64,000 nucleotides of DNA, from NCBI GenBank assembly GCA_004431415.1, contig QPMI01000200.1, forward strand, positions 1 to 64,000, written 5' to 3'. A program made the translations under genes and the position numbers. Each line of letters begins with the position of its first letter. The stretch's first letter is position 1. The notes beneath the pieces were generated by a model. It saw nothing but the letters and a program-made list of their open reading frames with translations. It was not told the origin of the DNA and made no database searches. Of this stretch, positions 47,687-59,813 are shown one piece after another. Source of the DNA: Cyanophora paradoxa CCMP329 (lineage: Eukaryota; Plantae; Glaucophyta).

Positions 47687-47877
47687 CAAGGCACGCAAGC
47701 CTGCCTGGTAGAGCAATCATTGAATAGACTTTGATTTCGATTTCCGACTACTCGGTTTTGATTTCGATTTTGACGTCGATTTGCCTATCCGAGAGAGCCC
47801 ATGGATTGCTCAGCCTGGGTCCGAACAGCTACTGGGCTAGTCCAGATATCGTGTGAGTCGTACGGTATCTGAAATGC
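47687..47877 (+). repeat. Repeat family B copy
   Basis: gcctgcctggtagagc...gacgtcgatttgcctatccgagagagcccatggattgctc...agtccagatatcgtgtgagtc..tctgaaatgc. Confidence 0.85.
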
Positions 47878-47925
47878 TTCGGATCTAGAGTGGGGCCGAA
47901 ATCTGGTCAATCGAAGCAACTGCTG

Positions 47926-50900
47926 TCATGCTAGCACGCCCCCCATCAACTGCCTGAACCATGGATGCACGAAGCGTCTCGAGGAGAGTGGTAAGTGACC
48001 CAATCGAGTCTGCAGCAGCATGTGCCCTCGCCTCCGCATCCTGTGCGGCCGTTTAATCAAATGAAAGTAAAAAGGCATGAACGACTTGACCTGAAGACGA
48101 GCAACGTCTGCTTTACGGCTATTCTCTGTTGCGGCAAGCGCCGATCTGCGCACAGAGATTCAGGGAATGTAAGACATGCATGGCACTGGCAGTCACCGCA
48201 AGCGGTCCAACTCTCGCGCACTCAAGGCAGCCTGAGCGAGATCAGCTGGTCCCGAATCATAGTTATGCGAACCGTGCACTAACCTGTGCTGCGCTGGACG
48301 CACGAATCTGCTCGAGCTCCGAGGAATGTGCAGACTGGAGGCTGGCCAACTGCTGGTGCAATGAAGACAAGTCACCTTGCATCTGACGTTTCTCCTCTTC
48401 AAGCTGTCGTTTCTCCTCTCGATTCTGCCGAAAATTGAGATCGTTGTCACTTTAGAGATAGATGCGCCTGCCTTGTTGCATCGATCTCGCCACATGTGCT
48501 CAATGCGTACGCTCTCCTCATACGCATCATGTGCCTGGACATGGCAGTCATCAGATCCATCGTGTCTTAGGCGTCTCAGATATAGAGCCGACCTGCTTCC
48601 GCAGTTCTTCCTCCCTCCTGGCAAATTCAGCCTTCTCCCGCTCACGATCCGCACGATGTTCTCGATCACGGTCAGCAAGCTCCTGCCGGTGACATTGCGC
48701 CTCCTGAAACGAGGCATAAGCAAGAAGGCCGCTTGTCAGTGAAAATGTACTTACTAACCTTCTGAAGAAGATCTTCTGCTTCGAGAAGTCTATTCTGCAA
48801 TGTCGCGAGTTCTCTTCTATGAACATCCTGGGACTTGCCCTACCAGGAAAACATGAACATGGGGCGAATCTTTGCAGCCGGAACACGGACCTGCTCAGAA
48901 ATCGCCTTTTCTAGGCTGTTGCGTAGAGATAGTACGAGCTCTTGTTCCTTCGCCAGGGTGGCCTGCAACGGAGCATACACTCAGGGATTTTGATGAAGGA
49001 TGTCTCTTTGAGGTTGGACGGGAGCTCGAGGCTTGGACGTTTTTGTTTTCGATTACGATTTAAGGTTGGACGGGAAGCTTGGGTATCTGACTTTCAAAGA
49101 CACAATCTCACGTGAGGATCCACCGGCACACTGTCGAAGCCTGGCACACTGTACAGGCGCTCAGAAATGTAGCAAGTCGACACAACCGTGTAAGCCCCAC
49201 GAGTACCTCAGCATCGAGAGACAACTTGTCTGCTTTCGCACGCTTCAGCTGCTCGGCAGCTGTCAGGTACTTTGCATTTGCCTGTAGATCGCGTTGGTGG
49301 TAAGCCATTCACGCGAAGAGCCGGACTCGAACCGCTTCTGCCTCTTGTTCAGACGCTTTCAGAAGGTTGGACAGTTCTTTAACCTATTGCTGCACTCAGC
49401 AATACGACACTGAGACTTCAATATGGTCGGACCCTCAGCATTGCCCATTCAACGTCTCTACTTGCTGTTCCTTCTCCCGAGAGTGCTTGGCGTGCTGGGC
49501 ACTTGTAATGGCTGCGGTGGCAGCTGCTTCCTGTTGATAACAACTCAGATCTCAGCATCAAATGTCAAGGTAGGGCTAAATCGAACCGAAATCTGCCTCT
49601 GAAACTCCAACGTGTTGCTCTCGCTTTGTCGTAATCTATTGCACATGTTAATCATTTCCGTCAACTCTTGTGCGGTGCAATTCTAAGAACCTTTGCTGCA
49701 TCTCCCCCAGACTTGCTTTCATCTGGTTCAAGGCCTCTTCTTTGCTCTCCAGAGTCCCCGTCAATCGGGCAATCTGCAAGATATCAGGAAGACTGAAGGA
49801 GCGTGATGTAGCTCAGGCAAACCTCAGTTCTTAATTGTTGCTCGGTTGGTACGAAAGGGCCATTGTGGTGGACACACGGAGTTGACGCGATTTCCGCTCG
49901 AAAAGCGGCAACATCCAGCACAGCTGACTGGCCGTTAACTGCTCGCCTCCTTGGGGTTCGACTGACTGCAGCTCGGTCCTGGGATGTGGATGGCACGCCA
50001 GCACCCGCTGGAGTTGCGGTGTCATCCTCCTCTGAAGCAGCCCTCAGACGCTGTCGTTTGGGTCGCTCTGTCTTCGTTGCTGGAGTGATCACATTATCTC
50101 TCACTGGAGCAGCGTGATCCTCAATTCCCTCGTCGTCTGAGTCAACAATCCTTTTGAGTCGTGACCCCTGTAGGACGAATCAGTACCCAAAAGCAATGCA
50201 AAAAAAATCAGATTAGGTCAACTCTGTTAGGTCTCCCTGAGCCTTCCAACTGAAGTCCTGAAGTGGAGTGAGGCGAAAATAACTCGATCAAGCAACTTCG
50301 TACCTTCAAGAATGGAAAGCTCATCCAGGAAACTGCCACCGCCTGCATACCTGCATGTCCATGAATTAATAGATAACGCTCGACAATAAATAAGAGCGAA
50401 CAATGCACAAACCCGCCAAAAATTACGACAGAGAAACTGGTAAAACCATCTTTGGTACTTGGTAGCACCACAAGCGAGTGAGCTGCTCTTCCCAGTGGCG
50501 TCCGAGAGCCAGAATGCGAGATCTGGCGCCATTGCAGGTGCTCTTTGTGCATCCAGCAGTGAGCAAGAGATCAACATTCAGAAATAGGCATCGGTGCACC
50601 AACATCGAGCACCCACGTGTCGTTCCGACGTTCGTTTTTAAAGCGACCGCCTTGAATCACTGGATGATGTAAGTCACAGCAAAGTAAAATGTGGAAAACG
50701 AGAGACCTAAATAACGCCCACAGACGAAGTCCGAGGCAGCAACAGAGCGACTTGGAGGTTGCATGCCAGAAGACTCCAGAGATGTCCAGGATCCGGACAT
50801 TAAATCATAGCTCCACAGATCGGCAAGCTGTTTAGAGTCCTTATCTCTGCCCGCGTACAAGAGAAGTTTTCCATCGGGCCCTGCAGGAATACAATCAAAA

Positions 50901-51912
50901 AGGGCCTTCCAAATAAGCACCAGGGGCACACCTGCAGCAGTAGAATAGCACCGGGTTCTGGGCACAGCATCTCCCTGGTGCCGCGGAGCCGACTGCCACT
51001 GGCAGAGCGGCTGTCAATCGACAAGTGTGCACATTGAGAAGAACATTTACCCGCCACGTCTTGACATTCAAGATGAAGGGACCTTCGAAAAACATCTTCA
51101 TTACCATCTGCAGGCAAATGAAGTTGTGGGAGCAAACCCATGTGGAAGTCCGAGCCGTCCCAACCAGCAACCACTGCAAGCTGCTGGGTGCTTGCCCAGA
51201 AGACAGCAGAGTGCGCACAAAGTGGGGGGGGGCGGGGGCCTTTCGTCTGAACGACATCCCATCGCCTCTTCTTTAGATCTAAGAGGTATATTTCGCTGTA
51301 GCAGACCGTGTCGTTGCAGCCGCCAATCTGTGTGTGCAACGTCGTCATCAACCATCAAGGCAGAGAGATTCAAACCCATACCAGAAGAAACCGCTCAGGG
51401 CCAATTTTTGTGCAGGTGTGATATGATCTACGGCAAACTCAGGAAGAGAACAAAGAAATGCGTCTTGTGCTTGCGCAGTGACGACCTTGGTTCCGGTACG
51501 TGTCCGCTAAGCACTACGGATTCCCACTCCCACTCGAGAGTATCCAAGACAAACGCATCAGAGAAGCAGACAGTCGAAGTTCCTGCAAGCACCACTCAGG
51601 TTGCAGGATCAAAAAAGCCCCGAACGACACAGAAAGATTGGCACCGCCTCCGAACAAGAGAACTGCAAAAATCGGTATAATTCCGCGCGCTTTCAAGTAG
51701 AACTTGCATGCGCACCTCTTCTGCCATCGCCGAGCTCTGTAAACGAGGCCGCTGCAGAGCGGGGCGAGATGAACGGTCAATAACAAGGACGTGCGGGAGG
51801 GCGGTGCAGCAGCCGCAGCCTAGCTAGACAAGTTCTTCGAGTTACCTGATCGCGGATGCGGCCAAGGATCACTTCTGGGCAGCGCTCGCCAGCGCAGTTC
51901 CTCGTGTCTCAT
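47926..51912 (-). CDS. Kelch-repeat protein with C-terminal coiled coil, multi-exon
   Basis: Kelch-type units VLLFGG, IGG..EIYLLDL..W..GPRPPPLCAHSA, LLLYAG..DLWSYDL, GRAAHS..VVIFGG. Downstream heptad-rich exons (ELADRDREHRADREREKAEF). Confidence 0.7.
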
Positions 51913-52484
51913 CCAGCCACGCGCCGGCGGTGCGCGTAAGGCTGAGAGGGCTTGGGCAGCACTATTATTAATAGCAAGCAAGCAGCCCGCTGCGCTGCGT
52001 AGCTCAACCGTGCATTGGATGCCGCGGGTTTCGATACCCCCCGAGTCCTTCAAGTTGAAGTAGGCCTGCCGCCTGTACTCTGTGAGGAAGGGCCTCCGTA
52101 CACAGTATCCGCCAGTTGCACACAGCCGCGGCGCACCACGCTGGTTTCTAAAGGGACGGGCAGCTAGGCGGTTCCGTTGTTTCAACGAAAGGGTCGGCGG
52201 CGTATCGCTCGGGAAGGAGGGCTGGGCCGCGCTGCGACGAGGCGCGCGCCTCGGAGGGTGTGCGACGAGTTTCAAAAGCTCTCAGCGCCGAAAACCTGAG
52301 CAGCGAGCGGCAGATTGCAAGTAGCGTACGTGCATAGCTCCGTCCAGCGTCTGCAGTCGATTACAGGTGCTCAAACGCCTGCAGGGCGATGCAGGCCCCT
52401 GGCGGCGGAGCGGGGCATGCTCCTCAGGCCCGGCCGGCTTCATCGAACACGTCGAGCCAAGCGGCGAGCCTAGCGCGATCAAAC

Positions 52485-53640
52485 ATGTCTGCGGCCATAC
52501 GCGCCAGAGTGGTGAAGATCGCGACGTGGTGCGGGTTAACCGTATCCAGCCTCGACTTGGTGCAGGAAATTCACGAAACTATTATTTGCGGGTGCAGGCT
52601 CGGCATTATTCACGTCTTTGTGGGTCCGCTTGATTGCGTAAGAGAATATCGTAATCTAATGTACTTCAAGAGCTGAAGAGGAATCTTGCGAATCAGAGGT
52701 CGCAATTCAAATTCCCATCCTTATCGTCAGCTGGGACAGCGATTTCTCACAACCACTCCGAACCTGGATCCTCGTTCGAGTGAACCATTCTTGCTTACAT
52801 TCAAGCTGATGTTCGCGATTGATCTTGATTGATCTTGCAGGCATGCGCTCAAGTTGTCGGAGTTTCTTTTGATCTGGCGGTCTTTTTTTCTCCGGCCCTC
52901 CAAGACTCGAGTGAGGGGAGGGAGCCCAGGGAACATCAGATTTCTTCAAAGCTCAAGCACTCTTTTAAGTTTTGCAGGAGATGTCTAGCGTACTTTTACC
53001 TCGCCTGGTTGGCCACGGGCCTCGTGTGGGTTGTGAGAGAAAACAACCGCAATCTTCTCTACTCGCTTTGCATCGTGCTCATTGCCGTGGTGAGTGGTCC
53101 CACTCTTGCTTACATCACTTGCATTTCAGATATACACACGCGTTATCACTTTCAGACACTGGTGCTCCTGGCACTTCCAGCCATCTTATTGCTTTCAGTA
53201 TGCTTGTGCATGCCACTTGTGATTGTGCTTCTGAGCCGTTTCTCTGAGCACGTTCCGCAACCTGGACAGGCGCGACCTTTTTTGAGCATGCCGTTCTGTG
53301 CATTTCGCTGAATTTTTTCGGTTTTGCAGCAAGCTAACCGAAACCAGATTGACCTGCTTCCTAGTTTGAAGTACGAGGTGGGGATGATGGCGCCCGATGA
53401 TGCCTTGTGTGTCATGTGCCTCGAGGAATACTCGGATGGGCAAACATTAAGAAAGCTCCCGTGTACACATTTCTTCCATCAGGTGCTTCATATCTTCCAT
53501 ATCAACCTAAGCGTTCGACATGCTATTTACAGATCTGGGCTTACCTGTACGTTCAGGCCTGTATAGACAGATGGCTTCTCATCCGATCAAAATGCCCGCT
53601 TTGCAATCGCGATATTGTCGGAGGAGAGATCGAAGTATAG
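52485..53640 (+). CDS. Transmembrane RING-H2 E3 ubiquitin ligase, multi-exon
   Basis: N-terminal TM segments. RING-H2 CVMCLEEYSDGQTLRKLPCTHFFHQ|ACIDRWLLIRSKCPLC. Confidence 0.88.
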
Positions 53641-54407
53641 ACCATCCAGCAATCAAACATCGTGATGGCTACTCTCGTGATCGAAGCATAGGCGCCTCGC
53701 CCTTCACACCACAGCTAGCTATAACTCTGTTTTGGAACCCGGCGACGCCTGACCCGGACCCTCAATGGGGAAAAACAGACCATTGTCAGCCCGCCTGACT
53801 GATCCCTCCACAGCAGAGGGTCAACTACCCCATCTGCAAGACCCCGTCCAAAGGCAGCCTACGCACTGTGTTATGTTGTTGAGAAACTGGAGGTAATTGC
53901 GTTCCAAAGTAGGCCCCGCTGTTCCCGCACCGTGGCAGCGAGCTAGGGACCGTCCCCAAGAAGGAGAGTATGTATAATCATATTTAAGCTTAAGACATGC
54001 CGCCAATCGCAAGCAGGCCTTGGCATTTGGGGGACGTTGGGAGGCGGGGTCCGCGAGGGGCAGGTGCCAGCTGCAGGTCCCAGAGTGCTCTAGCTCGGAT
54101 GCTGCTTTCAGCCGCCATCTCCTCCCACCTGCGGGTCGGGGGCATAGGGCTGGCCATGGTGCGGGTCCTCTGGGGGGTGCAGTTCAGGAAGTCGGAGAGC
54201 AATGTAATGGAGACTAACGTGTGCAAATTAACGTCTCCCCTCCCAACCTACACTCCCCCACCTTCCCCCCCCCCCCCCCTCCTCCCCTCCCCCCCTTCCT
54301 CCCCCCCCCCCCCCTTCCCTCCCCCTCCCTTCCCTCCTCCCCCTCCTCCCCCCTCCCCCCCCCTCCCCCCCTCAATCACATGGTTTGGTACACACACGAG
54401 GATGAAA

Positions 54408-57177
54408 TCATGGGCGTGGCAGCATCGTACTTGCGGGGTCCGTGCCTCTCATACCGACGACCTGGGGCGAGTCAAATGGGCAAAGGAGGGATAGAGGCTC
54501 GGACACCTGCAATAGCTTGTTTGATACTGAGCGAGCAATGTGCCTTGCACTCTCCATTACATTGTCATCCGGGTCTTCGGGTGCCACGGGCATCGGGACT
54601 GAAGCTCGGGGGTTGGATGCATCTGGATCGCCCAGATCACTGCGGCGCATGTTCTCAACGAGCTTGACGGTTGCTTCCGAGGCACGTGGCCTGACAGCCC
54701 ATGAAAACCTGCTGTTCCCTGCCAGAGGGCGCTCCTTCAACACTGGAGAGGCGCCGGTGGCCTCTACATCCAGGGCATCGGACGAAGCTCGTCTGGCGAT
54801 GACAAACGGGGCTGCAGCGAGATGCCCATCTGTGCTCGCAACGGAGGACTCGACTGATGGTGGCCCTGGAGGCCGAAGACCAGAGCTGGTGCCCGGATTG
54901 AAAGAGTTGTGCACAGGACTATAAGGAGGAGCAGAAACCATCGAGACCGCCTCCGTATCAGACGGTGGTGCTGGGGCTGGAATCCCAGCACCACCAGTTG
55001 GTGAAGCAAGACCAATCCCAGCAGCACCAACCTGATCACTAGGGCGCTTCACCTGGAGGGATGCATGAGCTAGGACAATCAAACATACAAATTCCATACG
55101 CAACGCGCTCACATAGAGCTTTTCTTGCGCTGCCCTAGCCTCGCGCCGCTGTCTTGCAGAGCGTACGATATCCCGACCACGGGACATGAGTTGTGCACTG
55201 TACTCCTCATCGACCTGTGTGGAATAAGCGCTTCACGCAAAATACGTTACAGCAAGTGGCACGCCTGCAAAAACTTCAGGCGGAGGTACTCCGAGAGCTT
55301 GCCGAAGGCGCCCAGGAAGGTGAGGAGTGCGGAGATGAGCACAATCGTACACACAAGATACGGAAGCCACGAGTTGAAAGCTGCAATCGCTTCGTCCATG
55401 GGCCGGAGAATAGCCTGCTCGATACAGATCGTGTTACGAGATGGAGCAACTAGAACGCCTTCAGCAGACCTGGTAAGCAGCTGTTTCTCGAGTGATGTTG
55501 AAAAGCGTGTAGAAGTGGAATGTGGATGCCGCAATCACCTAGAGTGGGCTGCGATGAGCACAGGAGACGAGAAGAAGAATACACAGCGCAAATTTGCCAA
55601 ACGACCTTCAGGGAGAGATACGCGTTCATGAGAAGCGACCAACCGTCCGAGTTCCCAGGTAGCAGGTCGTAAGTATTGAAAAACTGCAACTGCTATCAGA
55701 GCCCCGAAAGTGATGTGGAGTTCAACGTATGTAACAGACCTTCATCTTGAAGAGGCCGGCGTGGATGCAAAGGCACATGTAGCTCATGATGAAGATTGCA
55801 AGGAGCTGTGGATGGAGGTTACGATATACAATGACGGAACAGAAGAAGTCTTACGGACTTGCAAAGCGTAGGACGGCAGAGGCTTGGAAATAATCATGGA
55901 GAAGACAGAGATCCCAGCGAACGGCGTAGATGCCTCCGAGGCAAGCATGAGCAACGAGAGGCCCATAAAGAACACAGAGAGTATACGCGAGCCTGAATAA
56001 TCTTAAGGCCTGTGTGACGAATGTGCAGGGGGTTCACGAACCCACGGGTTTGATCCAGCAGCGCCACCACCATTCCATCTTGTCGAGGAAGAGACCGAAA
56101 TCGCCTTCCCGCTCTGGTCGCTGCAGAGCTTTGAACGGCCCCGGACCACGGCGCTTGTTGTCAAGCACATCCTCGATGCTGATTGCCTTGTCGATGAGGT
56201 TGCGGTACTGTCGATCAAGCTTGTACCAAAGAACTGCAGCTGACTTGACTCGCCGGTGCAAGTCCGCAAGCTTGCTTTCGCTTGCGCCCACGATCTCCTT
56301 GAAACGATCATCTCGTGCGCCTGCGCGCGGTCGATACTGTTCTGGGAGCCTTGCCACAATTTTGTTCACGAAAACCTGCAATCGTGAGTTTGATTCACTC
56401 AAGCACGTCGGACAAGCGAACCTGGAGGTTTTGATCGCGAGCCTCGAGAAGCTGTATGTACGCCGACAGCTCAGCAACCAGCTCTTCGAGATCCGAGTCT
56501 GCCTTGTTTAAATTCATTGAAGTGAGCATGACCTGCAGAGTGAAAGTTATGGAATGTGAGAATTCGCGCGCAACAAAGCTGGGCTGTACCTTGTACTCAA
56601 TGCGCTTCAGCCTTGTGCTAAGACTCCCATTGTACCAGAGAGACTTGGGGAAGTCAACAAGGCCATGGCCAAAGAGCACGACGACGAGCAAGAGGTTGAA
56701 GAGGTAGCTAAGCGCATAAATGAGGCCCATAAAGCGGTCGAGTGACATTCGGCCCGTGAAGAGGATCCAGAGGAAGAACGGCGCCAAGACAACAATGCCC
56801 CCGATAAGCCAGATCACGTTCTGTTTCAAAGCGTACATGCATCGCCCACGCCAGTTAAACTCCCCAGCCTGGATGTAATCCGTCATGAAGGAGATGATCC
56901 CTAGTTGGAGGACGATGACAGTCCAGTACACAATGAGCCACAAGGTCGTGAGAATTGTCGAGTTGGCGAGCTCATCGGGAGTAACCTGTGGGACCGCACG
57001 GCCGTCGATAACGCCCTGGAGGTCCACTGATGCGAATGCAACCGTGGAAAACGAAAAGAACCAGCTCGCCGCGACGACAGTGGCAAGATATGTAGGCAGC
57101 CGCGGCTCGCTGTAGTAGAACGTGAGGACACAGCATACGACCGCAACGACAACGATCTCAACAACGAGCTCGATCAT
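54408..57177 (-). CDS. LMBR1-domain membrane protein (LMBRD2-like), multi-exon
   Basis: Multi-TM N-terminus, WLIVYW, DYIQAGEFNWRGR..ALKQN, LFGHGLVDFPKSLW, LADLHRRVK, FNSWLPYL. The 3' end is approximate. Confidence 0.82.
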
Positions 57178-57553
57178 TCTTCAAGATTGAAGGGAAGCCG
57201 TCGTGCGTGCGGGGCGCTGGATCGAGCGTCCACAGCGTCGACCAGGCCGCCTCAAGCTATTCTGGGCGCATGCACTGCACTGTAAATGACTACGTACACG
57301 CCTGTCCGCTGCAGCGCTCCGAATGGCGACGTGCAGCTTCGGTGCAGCGCTTTCTAGCTACTGCACGGCTGCGCGAGCGGCGCGTGTGCTGGGGCCGTTG
57401 CTATGCGCCTCGGTGCAGCGCTTGCGGTTCGACTGGGTGACGCCGACTCGATGCGAGTGCGAGCAGCGCGAGACGAATTTGCACCCGTACCCTGGATGCG
57501 GCTGCTTCGGCGGTGACGTGCAAGCCGCCCACGGCTCAGCGACGTCCTCGGAC

Positions 57554-57823
57554 GGCGGCCTATCGCTCGGGAAGGAGGGCTGGGCCGCGCTGCGACGAGG
57601 CGCGCGCCTCGGATCGAGGGCGTGCGACGAGCCTCGGAGTTTCAAAAGCTCCCAGCGCCGAGGACCCGAGCGGCCCAGCGGCCGAGCAGCGGCCGAGCGG
57701 CAGATTGCGAGTTGCGTACGTGCATAGCTCCGTCCAGCGTCTGCAGCCCCTGGGCCTCTGTGAGGCGATCCCGTTCGGTGAGCGTTTCGGTGTGTGATCT
57801 CAATCTGCAGCGATTGCAGGTGC
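57554..57823 (+). repeat. Diverged duplicate of the kelch/RING intergenic (promoter) region 52195-52371
   Basis: tatcgctcgggaaggagggctgggccgcgctgcgacgaggcgcgcgcctcgga...gcgtacgtgcatagctccgtccagcgtctgcag is shared, with several insertions. Confidence 0.9.
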
Positions 57824-58201
57824 GGCGACTGTCGGCGAGGGGACTCGGGGAGCCGCTGAGCGCGCTATATAGCTAGCGTCGACAATTTGAGAGTGTTCAA
57901 GTACAACTGCAAGGGGCGGCGCCGTGCAGCGTCGACAATTCGGACTCCCGAGTCCGAGTCACTGAGTCTCCGGATCCGACGCTCATATATATGCATGATG
58001 TCCGGATATGATCCGCTGAGTTGCACATTGATAACACTGGCATACTAGCCGGGGACAACGCAGGCTAGAAGCGGCGGTGCTACCTACGGGGGCGACAAGC
58101 CGCGGACGACGCAGGCAGGGCCCTCTGAAGGGGGGCGTGCACTCGTTTTCGTTTTCGTTTTCGTTGTTCGAATTCGTACGTTTCGTTCCTGGCCCAGCCG
58201 T

Positions 58202-58325
58202 GCCAGAGTGGTGAAGATTGCGACTTGGCTGGGAACTTCGGAATATTTCACGTCTTCGCGGGTTTCGCTATTGCATAAATGTTTCGAGCTCAATGAGTCA
58301 GTCGACGTCTTGGAATCAGAGCTCG
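58202..58325 (+). pseudogene. Diverged fragment of the RING gene 5' end lacking intron 1
   Basis: gccagagtggtgaagattgcgacttgg-ctggga..ttcacgtctt joins the exons flanking 52529-52597. Contains an 8-bp insertion at 58233-58243. Confidence 0.8.
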
Positions 58326-58384
58326 AGGTTGCTGTTCAGTACTAGTGTACATATGTATACGTACGAGCCTGGCAGTCTTGATCG

Positions 58385-58953
58385 CGACCGCCCAGGTCCG
58401 CGCTGACCCAACGCGCCGCCTGCGTTGGAATGCCCTTGGGTCAACCCCGCGCGAGCAGGCGCTCGCACTGGGAGGCCCGCCAATCTACCCTCGCGGAGCG
58501 TGGATTGGACTCCGGGAACCCCTGGGTGCCCGGCCCGCCTCCGATTTCGCCTGCGCTGGCTGACCCCCCTCTGCACGCTTCCGCCGCCCTGCAGAATCGA
58601 CCAGGGAGGGATCGCGCTTTCGCGCTTTCCCTGAGTGCGCGCCTTCGATTTCGATTTCGATTTCAGGGCGCTTCAATTCCGATCTGACCCCCCTCCGCGT
58701 GCGCCGCCCCCCCGCAGGCTACCGACGGGTCCCGGCCCCGCCGGGCCTGCAGGAACTCCCACCGCCCAAGAACGACGACGCGATGCTGCACACGACACGT
58801 GCGCGGCCTAGGCCGTGCGGGGGTGGAGCGTTACTCCCCTTACGGGCCTCGGGGGGGAACGGCCGGGCCGGCAACGGCGAGGGCCGCACCTTCCTACGCG
58901 TAGCCCAGACAGGCGTAGTACACAGCTAGCTAGCTCGTTCTACGCTGAACGCA
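58385..58953. mobile_element. Repeat family A, copy A6 (inverted)
   Basis: Reverse complement of the A4 body, ending ...ctacgctgaacgca at 58953. Confidence 0.88.
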
Positions 58954-59368
58954 GGTAACATCCCACACTGGCCACTTCAGTTTTGAAAATCTCAAGCTCG
59001 TAAGCTCAAAATCTAGCATCGACGAATTTGTCATGACTCTAGCATCGACGAATTTGTCCAGTCAAGAATGGACTGCGATTTGATTTGAGGCTCCAGCGCT
59101 GTCCAAATGCTGATTGAGTACTCAAAATTAACTAGATGCGGGCCGGGTTGTGCTTGAGACTCAGAAGGAGGGAGCGGAGGCGGGAGGCGTCACGCTTGCC
59201 CTCCACTTCCTTCGATTTTTCGCCCTCCTTGGCCTTTCCAGAGGCACCGACACTGTCGATGAGGGCACAAATAGATTCCCACTTGTTTGGCAGAGGTACA
59301 AAGCTGTACGATGCGAAACGACCAGGATCCGCCTTCCTATGGGGGCATCGGTTGGGAGCAAAGAGACA
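58954..59368 (-). pseudogene. Inverted copy of the RP2 last exon plus 3' flank (30376-30790), attached to A6
   Basis: Near-identical reverse complement of 30376-30790, giving the same translated ...SLKHNPARI* ORF. Confidence 0.95.
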
Positions 59369-59696
59369 GGCGTAGTACACAGCTGGCAGCTGGCTAAAAT
59401 CGGGGCTCATGATCACGTGCACATGCACTGCGCATGCATGCGCAACTGATCAGGCTTTCAAAGTTTGATTTAAATTTGGATTTGGGCAGCAAACTTTTTG
59501 AAATGGGCTGCAATGCGGATCCGATGATCTCTGAGAGCTGAGGCTGGCCATCGATATCATAGCATGGGGGCAGGGGCTTTATAATTAATGGGGCTGGCCA
59601 TTGAGGCTTAGCCCTCAGGGCCTGGCTGCCGCAGTGCCCAGCTATCGAATCAGTGCTAGCGCTCAGCGGCTGTCCGGCTATCGCTGAGTCGTACTG

Positions 59697-59797
59697 GACG
59701 TCGATTTGCCTATCCAAGAGAGCCCTTGGATTCCTCAGCGGACACTGCTAGTCAGAACAGCTAGTCCAGACATCGTGTGAGTTACATCTGAAATGCA
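59697..59797 (+). repeat. Repeat family B copy
   Basis: gacgtcgatttgcctatccaagagagcccttggatt...agtccagacatcgtgtgagttacatctgaaatgca. Confidence 0.85.
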
Positions 59798-59813
59798 CAT
59801 AACGGGTGATCTT

